Source of the DNA: a virus
Length of the DNA stretch: 64,000 nucleotides
Direction: 5' to 3' (one strand)
Virus record (IMG/VR): IMGVR_UViG_3300049460_000123
Coordinates: 1-64,000 of that record
Each line of letters begins with the position of its first letter. The stretch's first letter is position 1. The translations under genes and the position numbers were made by a program. The notes under the pieces were generated by a model. That model was not told the origin of the DNA. It saw nothing but the letters and a program-made list of their open reading frames with translations, and did no database searches. Shown piece after piece: positions 46,833 through 55,258 of the stretch.

Positions 46833-48338
46833 TTACTCGTTCGCGAACGGCCGCCACACGGCATTGCTGGCGAGCACGTTCTTGATGTAGCCGTGATGCT
46901 TCGGCTTCGTCATCCGCAGATACCCGAACAGGAACTGGAACCACGAGATAACCGGAACGCCACCCACGCCGAACGGCAGCGGGATCTTGGTCATCGGCTG
47001 GAACTGGCGCCAGCCGATCGCGTCCGCCGATTGCTGCATGTTCAGCAGCGGCACGGTCGACGTACCCGGGATGTCGCGGTTCAGATCGGTGTACGTGGTC
47101 GACGCACCGGTCTTCTTGACGATCTTCACGAGGCGCAGATCGGCGATACCGTTCGTACCGTTCTGACGGCTGCGATAGATCGCGTAGCCGGATTCCAGAC
47201 CCGATGCCGACTGGGTGATCGTGATCACCGGAGCGGCGCCAGTCGCGACTGCTTGCTGCGTGCTGATCACTGCCTGGGTCATACCTTCACCGTTCGCGCC
47301 GATCGCCGCGACTGCCCAGTAGTAGTTGCCGGCACGCGTCGAGCTGAACTGCGAGGACGCGCTCGTCGGCGCCGGGTTGACGGCGATTGCGGCCGGCTTG
47401 AACGCGACGTTGGCGGCAGCGATCGCCGGATAGTTCACTTCAAACGGCGAGATCATGGGGTTGTTCTCGTCGTGCAGGAACGTGTCCATGTTCGTGCGCA
47501 GCACGCCGTTGGTCAGGCGGATGCCCTCAACGTGTCCGCCGATCTGCGGAGTGTTGCTACCCGTCGGCATCCAGCGATACGCCGGATCGAGGCCGCTGTT
47601 CAAGTCGTTCTGCAGCGAGACCGGCAGGAACACGTCGGTCGAACGGCCCCACGAACCATAACGGCTCACGGCGACGTTGATCTGCGAGAACGGCGTCACG
47701 CTGTCGAGCTTTGCGCCTTGCATGTCGATCACGTTGTCGCCGCTCATCGTGCCAGCCGCGATTTCCTTGTCGATCTGCGCGAAAATGCCGTCGAACTGCG
47801 TCGGCGATGCGTCAGCGTTGCCGTGGAACAGCAGGTATTCAGCGTCGGTCAGGAGCTGAAGCGCGCCGTTGCGTTCCTCGACTGCGGTCGATTCGACGAT
47901 GTTCTTGCCGATGTTCAGCACGTAGCCGACTTGACGCAGCGACATCAGGAACTTGACGAGACCCACTTCACGCGAGTAGTCGCCCTGCGCAGCGCGGACC
48001 GTGCCCATCTGCGAGTTGGTCGAGCCACCGAGGAAGCCGCCCACGCTATTCTGACGCGTGTATTCGTCGACGATGTTCGTCGCGTTCGTGCGAGCCAGGC
48101 GATTGAACAGCGTGAAGTGTTCGTTTTCCTGAATGGTCGACTTCATCGCCGTGTCGAGCGACTGCACGCCCAACGCACCGCCGCCCGTCAGGGTTGCGAC
48201 GTCGGTCTGATAGTTGCTCGCCTGAAGCGCCTTTTGCAGGTCATCAAATGCGCTCAACGAGCCACCCGACGAGCCACCCAGCGACGGAACTGCTCCGCCG
48301 GGCGCAACGCCGGAAAATTGGTTCAAAATGTTGCTCAT
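46833..48338 (-). CDS. Major capsid protein (SPO1/Twort-like type)
   Basis: GGGALGVQSLD, EYLLFHG, QFDGI, VIDMQG, YIKNV. Confidence 0.9.
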   Translation of the reverse strand: MSNILNQFSGVAPGGAVPSLGGSSGGSLSAFDDLQKALQASNYQTDVATLTGGGALGVQSLDTAMKSTIQENEHFTLFNRLARTNATNIVDEYTRQNSVGGFLGGSTNSQMGTVRAAQGDYSREVGLVKFLMSLRQVGYVLNIGKNIVESTAVEERNGALQLLTDAEYLLFHGNADASPTQFDGIFAQIDKEIAAGTMSGDNVIDMQGAKLDSVTPFSQINVAVSRYGSWGRSTDVFLPVSLQNDLNSGLDPAYRWMPTGSNTPQIGGHVEGIRLTNGVLRTNMDTFLHDENNPMISPFEVNYPAIAAANVAFKPAAIAVNPAPTSASSQFSSTRAGNYYWAVAAIGANGEGMTQAVISTQQAVATGAAPVITITQSASGLESGYAIYRSRQNGTNGIADLRLVKIVKKTGASTTYTDLNRDIPGTSTVPLLNMQQSADAIGWRQFQPMTKIPLPFGVGGVPVISWFQFLFGYLRMTKPKHHGYIKNVLASNAVWRPFANE

Positions 48339-48362
48339 ATTTACCTCGAGTTGCGCCTGAAA

Positions 48363-49019
48363 TTAGGCAAGTACTTTGGAAACCAGCGCCGTGTCGATCG
48401 CGACGTTGGAACGCAGGGAGACGTCGATGGTCGTGAATTCGAGACCAGTGATACGGCCAGCGCTAAATGCCGCATCGGACTTCGCCAGGAACTCTTGCGC
48501 AGTCAAACCTTCTTCGGCTTGCGACTTCGCGAGCGGAGCAGCGCCGGCGGCGACCTTCTCACTCACGGCGAGCACCGTCTTGCGACCGCGACCCTTGCCG
48601 GCGAGCTCGTCGACACGTGCGGTCAACGACTTGATCAGCGCGGTCTGCGTCTTCACGAGGCCCAGCGTCGATTCGAGCGCCTTAGCCATCGTGCTTTCGT
48701 GCTCACCGACTTTGCCCTTGAGCGCGCCGATGTCTTCCATCAGGGACTTGACGAGCTCGGTACCGTCGATTGCATCGACCGCGTTACCTTCTGCGTCCGT
48801 CAGCGACAGCGACTTGCCGAACGGCGTTGCGTCTTCGCCCTCGCCTTCGCCTTCGCCTTCTTCGCCTTCGCCTTCACCCTCGCCATCACCTTCGCCGCCG
48901 CCTTCACCAGCGGCAGCTTGGATTTTTTTGTCATCCTTGCTGTCGTCCGCCGGGAGAGCCTTGGTCAATGCTTCGTTCTCGGCCTGCAGCTCGCCGAGCA
49001 ACTGTTCAAACTGACTCAT
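48363..49019 (-). CDS. Capsid scaffolding protein
   Basis: Lies between protease and MCP; acidic GE repeat; coiled coil. Confidence 0.75.
   Translation of the reverse strand: MSQFEQLLGELQAENEALTKALPADDSKDDKKIQAAAGEGGGEGDGEGEGEGEEGEGEGEGEDATPFGKSLSLTDAEGNAVDAIDGTELVKSLMEDIGALKGKVGEHESTMAKALESTLGLVKTQTALIKSLTARVDELAGKGRGRKTVLAVSEKVAAGAAPLAKSQAEEGLTAQEFLAKSDAAFSAGRITGLEFTTIDVSLRSNVAIDTALVSKVLA
48834..48905. repeat. Coding hexamer tandem repeat (TTCGCC)n encoding a Gly-Glu linker
   Basis: Seen directly. Confidence 0.8.
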
Positions 49020-49924
49020 GACTTACTCCGTTTGTTGAGTCCTACTTTCAAATCGCGCATAAAGCGCTCCGTGTATTCAGCCGCCTCGTCGAGAGAGAGG
49101 CCGAAATGTCTTGCGCAGTGCTTGACGATGTCGCGCGCGTTCGGCTTGGCTAGAAGCCCGCTGCGCATATCACCGGCGAGCCTGTCGCGGAAGTCGAAAT
49201 AGTTGGCGGGCTTGCCCATGTCGAGCGATTGCTTACCGAGTGCGGCGCCGCCAGTGAGCGATGCGCTATCGGTGCCGTAGCCGGCCTCGAGCGCCTTCGC
49301 GAAATCCAGTCCGCTCGCGCCCCAGCACTTCGCCAGCGCGTCGAAAGGGATCGTCTGAGCCGTCGGCAGGTTCTGATTCACGGGCGTGCGACTCAGCGCG
49401 ACGTTCGTCCAGCGGACCTTTTCAACGACTCCAATCTTGTTTTTCGTCTCCGGATCGATCTGCACGCTCTTTGCCAGCACGGCGCCGCCAACGGACGGAT
49501 ACCAGCGCGCCGGCGGATTGAGATTCGTCATCGAGTCCCAAACCATATTTGCGTTCTTAGCCAGATCCGTATCGCCGCTATAGAGCTGCGACTTGACGAA
49601 CGTGCGGCGCCCCTCGATCCGAACCTGCGTCGGGCGGCCGATCTCGTACAACTCGTGATTCGGGAGTCCGACGTAACCCGTGCGCGGGTTCGGTTTGCCG
49701 AGCAGGCTGTAGTGATCCAGATCGACGTTGCCGAACTTGAGGTAGTGGTCAGCGCTATCCTCGAGCGCTTTAGCCATTACCCGTTCGTTCTGCTGATCGA
49801 CCTTTTCATTGCTCGCCTCGAAATAGATGAAGCGATCTCCGCCTTCTTCGGCAGGGATTGCTTTGAACATCGACTCGATCTTTAGAAAATCGGGGATGTC
49901 TGCGAGGAGTTGTGTGTCGTCCAT
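49016..49924 (-). CDS. Prohead protease
   Basis: EASNEKVDQQNE, DLDH, PSVGG, NVALSRTPVN. Confidence 0.85.
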   Translation of the reverse strand: MDDTQLLADIPDFLKIESMFKAIPAEEGGDRFIYFEASNEKVDQQNERVMAKALEDSADHYLKFGNVDLDHYSLLGKPNPRTGYVGLPNHELYEIGRPTQVRIEGRRTFVKSQLYSGDTDLAKNANMVWDSMTNLNPPARWYPSVGGAVLAKSVQIDPETKNKIGVVEKVRWTNVALSRTPVNQNLPTAQTIPFDALAKCWGASGLDFAKALEAGYGTDSASLTGGAALGKQSLDMGKPANYFDFRDRLAGDMRSGLLAKPNARDIVKHCARHFGLSLDEAAEYTERFMRDLKVGLNKRSKS

Positions 49925-49931
49925 GAGATAA

Positions 49932-49947
49932 ATTCTCGTGTCACGAC
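49932..49947 (-). promoter_or_regulatory. GTCGTGAC-class promoter, leaderless (head operon)
   Basis: GTCGTGAC-AC-GAGAAT-N7-ATG(49924). Confidence 0.8.
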
Positions 49948-49988
49948 TTCAACCCACCGCATCACTTGATCGAAAAAAAGCAAGTCGG

Positions 49989-50018
49989 AAAAAGAAAAAG
50001 GCACCCGAAGGTGCCTTT
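49989..50018 (-). terminator. Intrinsic terminator
   Basis: AAAGGCACC-TTCG-GGTGCCTTT-TT (cUUCGg loop). Confidence 0.9.
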
Positions 50019-50036
50019 CATTGGAGAGGATGCTAG

Positions 50037-50297
50037 TTAGGATTGCCCGAGGTTCTCTTTTGCCTTGGCGATTACCTGGTGCAGCGTGCCGCGCTCATTG
50101 ATCAAATCCTGATACTTCGCGACCTCCTTCTCGTCGCCGGCGAGCGCCGCCGTGCGCGCGGGTTCGAGCTGGGCCTCGACGGCCTCGAGCCGATCCGTCG
50201 CCATCTTCAGAATTTTCCGCTCCATCGCATCGGTTTGATTCGCCATCGCGGCGAGCTCGCCCAAGTCGCCACGGACTTTATCGGGATTCGGTTTCAT
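50037..50297 (-). CDS. Hypothetical helical protein (86 aa)
   Basis: GGAGGAG RBS. Confidence 0.8.
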   Translation of the reverse strand: MKPNPDKVRGDLGELAAMANQTDAMERKILKMATDRLEAVEAQLEPARTAALAGDEKEVAKYQDLINERGTLHQVIAKAKENLGQS

Positions 50298-50338
50298 TGC
50301 GCTCCTCCGCGCGGTCTAGGTTATGGCGGACAGTATAA

Positions 50339-53300
50339 TCAAAAAAGATCATGTGTGTCAGATTGTTGCGCCGCTTGCCGCTGCTTCAGGAAGTACGCGA
50401 CGCCCGTGTCGTCGAGACCCTCGAGCGACGAGCTCATGAGATCCCGCATCCCGTATTTCTTTTCGAGGCGATCGCGCGCCCGCGTCTCCTCCGGATGGTT
50501 TGCCTGCATGTCGATCAGCTCGACATTGCGGGTTTGCCCGAGGCGATGGATCCGCGCATTACGCTGCGCATGCGTCTTCGCCGTCGCCGGGATGTCGTGC
50601 TGGATCAGGTACTCGCCTGATTGCAGGTTCATGCCGACGGCGCCGGCGTCCGACGCGATCAGGATGTCCGCTTGCGCTTCGCCCTTCTCAGGGTTGAACA
50701 TCGAACGCTTGCGATCCTTTTCCTTGGCGGTATCGCTACCCGTGATCGTCACCACGCGCTTACCCTGCTTTTCCAGCCGCTCACGGATAGCCTCGACCGC
50801 TGCGCGATTCCGCGCAAACACGACGCCCTGCTTGTTGCCGCGCGCCTGCACGAGATCCGCGATCCGGTTCACCTTGGCGTTATCCGGATGCGTATCAATG
50901 ATTCGCTGCATCGCGGACGACTTCATGATGCCGATGCTTTTTTGCAACGCCTCAGCGATTTTCTCGTGATCCGCCTCCGGCACGCCCTCGAACGACGACG
51001 GAGAGATAGCCTTGATCGCCGCGACGTCCACCTTGCCACGCATGCGCGCGATACGAGCGGCCGCCAGGTTCGACGACAGCGTGTCCATAGCCGTGCGCTG
51101 AGCCGGCGTCAGATCGACCGTCTCGCGCTTGCGCGACGCCTCGACGTCCGGCGTGATCTGTGCCGGAAACGTGTAGCGCGCCATCTCGCGTTTCAGGGCG
51201 TCTTTCGATGCCATCGTGTCAGCGCCATACCGGCGCATGAACGCGGCCCGGTCCTGATAGCGCTTAGGATCGAGCTTTTGCAGCATCGAATACACCTCCG
51301 ACGTGTCGTTCTTAAACCCCGACTCGCCCGACGCATAGGTGTAATACGGCGTGTGCGCGGACAGCGCGTCCGTCACGTTCGCCAACGTCGAATTCTCCTT
51401 GCCGGCGCGGTTGAGCGTGTCATGCGCCTCGTCGATGAACGACGCGTCGAAGTTGATCCCCTCCTTGTCCATGACGCCCTTGATCCACGCCTGGCGATCG
51501 TCCGGCGTCATCTTGCCGAGCTGCTCCGTCATCGCATTCTCATCGATGCCGGCGTGCGTGGCGCCGAGGTGCACCATGTCGCCCCGGAATGACTGGTGTG
51601 TCATCACGCAGATATGCGTGTCCGGATCCTTGTACGCCGCAATGCGCGACTCCTGCGACGCACCCGGCTCGATATGCCACTTGAATTTGCCGGGCTCGAG
51701 CAGGCGCAATGCCTCGCCGCTGAACTGCCCTTGCACGACGCTGGGCACCAGCATGACGCTGCGCTTGACCTTGCCGAGACCGTGCAGGTGCGCGAACCCG
51801 CCGAGCATGACGTTGGTCTTGCCGGATCCGGCGCCGAATGCCAGGCCGAGGCGCTTGTTCTCCGCCAGCATCTTGATCGCGCGCTGCTGATTCGCGTACT
51901 TGCCGTTCATCGACACGTTCCACATCTTTGTCGGCTTGCCGGGCTTGAAATTCTTTCCGACGATTCCCATCATGCCGGCGAGCTGGCGTTCCGCCTCGTG
52001 CCCGATCGTGTGCCGCTCGTCGCCGGCGAGCGCGCGCTCTTTCGGCTCCTCAGCGCCGCCGAACATATCCGGCTCGTCGCCCGCGAAGAATCCCATCTGG
52101 CTTTGTTCGAACGCCTCGCGCTGATCGCGCGCCGCGTCGAGCTTGTCGGAAACACTGCCCGACGCATACCGGCCGCCGGAGCGCTCGCGCAGACTATCCG
52201 TGAGCTCGCGCTCGCGTGCGCGGCGCGCGTCGCGCGCGGCATGGTCCGTCGCGTCCAGATGATTCAGATTGTTGCGCACGACTGCGCGGCCGATCTTGAG
52301 CGGGTTGCCCGGATTCAACTTGTTGTGCGCCTCCGCGAACGAGCGCGACACCTTCGACTTGATCAGATCCTGGACGGCCTCGTATGCCTTGGCATTGCCG
52401 CCCATCGTCTCGAGGTACTTGCCCCACGTCAGCGACGACGCATTGATCTTGCCCGCGAGCTCGTCGCGCTGCGACTTCCAATCCGTCCACTCAGGATTCT
52501 CCGTCGAGTCGCCGAACATATCGGTCGTCTCTTTCTCCGGCTCGTTCGCCGTCAGCCGCTCGAGATCCTGGCGCATCGCGCCGGCCTCCGGGCTTTCCTT
52601 GGCGACGTTCTTGTAGAAGTGCTCACGCAGCGCGGCCTGATCCTGATTCGTCAGATCGCCGATCTGCTTGTACGCCGCCGTCCCCTCCGGCGTCTCCGCC
52701 AGCGCGCGATGCAGCGCCTCGACGGACTTCTGGTCGACCGTGAACTTCTGCCGGTTCATCGGCGATCGCGTCGCGCCGTGCCGCGCCTCGACGAACTCGT
52801 CGGCATACTTGTCGAACGAGTCGCCCAGCTCCTCAGCGCGGCGCATGTTGCCGTCTTCGCCCTTGAGCGGCGCGACCGCGTCGAGCGCCGTGCGGTATTG
52901 CTCCGCGCTGGCCGCGCCGACCTGCTGGAAGAAGTCGCCCGACTGGATGTCCGCGACGATATCGCCCGGCGCATCGCCGTCAGCCGTGCGGCCGCCGATG
53001 TAGTCACGCAGCGATTGCTCGAGATCCTCGCCCGGCGCGAACGGTTCCGCAATGCGCGGCGCGACGCCCGGCTGAACGTTCATCGCGAGATCCGGCCGGT
53101 TTGCGACGCCCAGCGGGAGCCAGTCGTCCTCGTCCTGGCCGCCGGCGATGATGTCGAGGTTTCGCTTAACCTGCTCGATGTCCGCTCGATCGATCGGCTT
53201 TGCCAGCCGGTCCATGCCGGCGCCGTGCACCGTCAGGAACGTGTCGCCGCCGACATTCTCGATCTGGTAATCGCCGCGCTGCAGGCCAATGGCGCGCGCC

Positions 53301-54889
53301 TGGCGGATCGCATCCTCGACGCCAGTCTTGCCGAGCGACACCTCGAGCTTGTCCTTTTTGCCCTGCTTCAGCGCGACCGACAGCGCCGCGTTCGCCTCCA
53401 TCTCGCCGAGCGCCTGCCCGAGAATCTTTTGCGCCTCGCCGATCGCCTCGCGCCGCGTGCCGTTGAGCGCCTGCGCAGTTTGCATGTCCGCGCCGCTCGC
53501 CGCATCGCTGAGCTCGATCTCCTTCGCCGACTTCATCAGATCGCGCGCGCGGCCCATCGCGTCAGCGCTCGCCGTCATGTAGTGGTGCATGTGGAAATCC
53601 TGCACGCCCGCCTGAATCCGCTCGACGTCGTCCGGCATGTCGGTGTGGATCCGGCGCGCGAGCACCTGCGCAGCGCCGGCGATGCCGAGCACGTCGACGA
53701 CACTGCGATCGACCAACGCGGATCCGCTCACGGCCAGCGCCAGCGAATTCACGCTGTTGTACGCTCCCACGCCGATATGCTTGCCGAGCGTCTCGGACGG
53801 ATCGCCGCCGGCGACCTTGCCGACTTCGGACAGGAACGTCAGGGTTTGCGCCGTGCGCAAGTCCTGCTCGATATCCTTCGCGATTTTCTCGTCAGCGTCC
53901 GGATCTGCCGTGTACTCGAGCACGTAGGCTTTGGGCTCGACGGTCGACTTGTCGATCTCCGCCTTTGCCTGCTTCGCCTGCTCCTGGACCTTTTTGAGCG
54001 CCTTTTGCGCGCGCAGCAACTCGACCGCCTTTTGAGCGCTCGTCAGGGTTGCGTCCGGCACTGGCGCGACCGGCTCGCGAATGTTTTTGAGCTCCTCTCG
54101 CACCATGCGCGCAGTGTCGCCGCGCTTGATCGCCGCCTCGCGCTGGCTATCCGTCATCGTCGACAGTTTCGCCGCGCGCGCCTGATCTACCTCCGTGCGC
54201 AGTTCCTTTTCCGTCAGACCGGCTTTCTCGGCGCGGCCCTTGTAATCCTTCGCGTAGCCGAGTCCGTCGGACACCTGCGGCACCGGGTTCAAATCCTGAA
54301 CCGTGAGTGTGTCCGGATCATCCGTGTGCACCGGAATCTCGCCGATGCCGGCGTCCATGCGCGCCGCGCTATCCGTCACCAGCCGTTCACGCTGTAGCCC
54401 AACGGCGTCAGTCGCGCGTTTCAGGATCTCGCGATGATGCTGTGCCTCGAGCTTCTTGCGGGCCGCCGGAGACAGATCCTTATGCGCCTCCGCATCGAAC
54501 TCCGTTTCCTTCTTGTCCCAGCCGAGCGTGCTCGCGACCGTGTCGACGAACTCCTTCTCCGCTTTCTTCCGCTGCACCTGGATCGCCTCATGAGCCTTTT
54601 GCTTCGACTCATGGATCCCGGCCTCCTTGTCGGCCTTGACCTTGTCTTTGCGCGCCTTGGCCGCGTCAGCCTTCTTCGCCGCCGCTTCGGCCTTGTATTC
54701 CGACTCGTGCTTGACCGCGCGCAGGCGCAGGTGATTCATCGAGCCGCCAGCGCCGCCGATCACCGTCGAGCTTCCATCTGGATTCGGCTGGATCAGGATA
54801 GGCTGGCCCGTGCCGTCGCCGTGCGAGTGCACCGTGATCCATCTCGCGCCAGCGGGAATGGATGCTTTGAGGAGGAGAATTTTGCGCAT
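50339..54889 (-). CDS. Large polyvalent protein with C-terminal SNF2/SF2 helicase (DarB-helicase-like)
   Basis: GAGSGKT, DEAH, GMNLQ, QRNARIHR; start re-called to 54889 (MRKILLLKAS). Confidence 0.85.
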   Translation of the reverse strand: MRKILLLKASIPAGARWITVHSHGDGTGQPILIQPNPDGSSTVIGGAGGSMNHLRLRAVKHESEYKAEAAAKKADAAKARKDKVKADKEAGIHESKQKAHEAIQVQRKKAEKEFVDTVASTLGWDKKETEFDAEAHKDLSPAARKKLEAQHHREILKRATDAVGLQRERLVTDSAARMDAGIGEIPVHTDDPDTLTVQDLNPVPQVSDGLGYAKDYKGRAEKAGLTEKELRTEVDQARAAKLSTMTDSQREAAIKRGDTARMVREELKNIREPVAPVPDATLTSAQKAVELLRAQKALKKVQEQAKQAKAEIDKSTVEPKAYVLEYTADPDADEKIAKDIEQDLRTAQTLTFLSEVGKVAGGDPSETLGKHIGVGAYNSVNSLALAVSGSALVDRSVVDVLGIAGAAQVLARRIHTDMPDDVERIQAGVQDFHMHHYMTASADAMGRARDLMKSAKEIELSDAASGADMQTAQALNGTRREAIGEAQKILGQALGEMEANAALSVALKQGKKDKLEVSLGKTGVEDAIRQARAIGLQRGDYQIENVGGDTFLTVHGAGMDRLAKPIDRADIEQVKRNLDIIAGGQDEDDWLPLGVANRPDLAMNVQPGVAPRIAEPFAPGEDLEQSLRDYIGGRTADGDAPGDIVADIQSGDFFQQVGAASAEQYRTALDAVAPLKGEDGNMRRAEELGDSFDKYADEFVEARHGATRSPMNRQKFTVDQKSVEALHRALAETPEGTAAYKQIGDLTNQDQAALREHFYKNVAKESPEAGAMRQDLERLTANEPEKETTDMFGDSTENPEWTDWKSQRDELAGKINASSLTWGKYLETMGGNAKAYEAVQDLIKSKVSRSFAEAHNKLNPGNPLKIGRAVVRNNLNHLDATDHAARDARRARERELTDSLRERSGGRYASGSVSDKLDAARDQREAFEQSQMGFFAGDEPDMFGGAEEPKERALAGDERHTIGHEAERQLAGMMGIVGKNFKPGKPTKMWNVSMNGKYANQQRAIKMLAENKRLGLAFGAGSGKTNVMLGGFAHLHGLGKVKRSVMLVPSVVQGQFSGEALRLLEPGKFKWHIEPGASQESRIAAYKDPDTHICVMTHQSFRGDMVHLGATHAGIDENAMTEQLGKMTPDDRQAWIKGVMDKEGINFDASFIDEAHDTLNRAGKENSTLANVTDALSAHTPYYTYASGESGFKNDTSEVYSMLQKLDPKRYQDRAAFMRRYGADTMASKDALKREMARYTFPAQITPDVEASRKRETVDLTPAQRTAMDTLSSNLAAARIARMRGKVDVAAIKAISPSSFEGVPEADHEKIAEALQKSIGIMKSSAMQRIIDTHPDNAKVNRIADLVQARGNKQGVVFARNRAAVEAIRERLEKQGKRVVTITGSDTAKEKDRKRSMFNPEKGEAQADILIASDAGAVGMNLQSGEYLIQHDIPATAKTHAQRNARIHRLGQTRNVELIDMQANHPEETRARDRLEKKYGMRDLMSSSLEGLDDTGVAYFLKQRQAAQQSDTHDLF

Positions 54890-54896
54890 GACCATA

Positions 54897-54912
54897 ATTT
54901 TCTGGTCACGAC
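54897..54912 (-). promoter_or_regulatory. GTCGTGAC-class promoter, leaderless
   Basis: GTCGTGAC-CA-GAAAAT-N7-ATG(54889). Confidence 0.8.
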
Positions 54913-54929
54913 TTCCGGCCCGGCGCAGT

Positions 54930-55183
54930 GATACCTAGATACCACGCCGATACCATGCATGGTATCGGCTGGAATCCTTGCCTGATAAGGCTTTCAGCCC
55001 CCTAGATACTAAAATACCTATTTTTTAAGATAGATATATAGATAGAGAGGGGGGGATGTATAGGGGGGGATATGTGTATATATATCTGTATATGTCTTGC
55101 CGCAGGAATGGTATCTTGGTAAATTTGGTATCTTGCCTTTAGAATCAATTACTTAGCCGATACCACCGATACCATATGGTAAC
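54930..55183. repeat. Iteron-like origin candidate B, homologous to 2223-2612
   Basis: GATACCATGCATGGTATC, TTTCAGCCCCCTAGATAC, TA/G-tract core, IHF site AATCAATTACTTA at 55143-55155. Confidence 0.75.
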
Positions 55184-55192
55184 CATAGGCGT

Positions 55193-55212
55193 AAAAAAAA
55201 CGCCCGGAGGCG
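55193..55212 (-). terminator. Intrinsic terminator
   Basis: CGCC-TCCG-GGCG-T8 on minus strand. Confidence 0.65.
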
Positions 55213-55258
55213 CCTTTTAGGGGGGGTACCCCCCCCCACTTTGACAGGGGGGGAGGGG

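Noticed and set aside
46290-49202. 970-aa plus-strand ORF
   Set aside because: Shadow of capsid and scaffold genes
51596-54397. 933-aa plus-strand ORF (similarly 40633-42696, 22491-24305, 55499-56992)
   Set aside because: Antisense to well-supported genes; no recognisable domains
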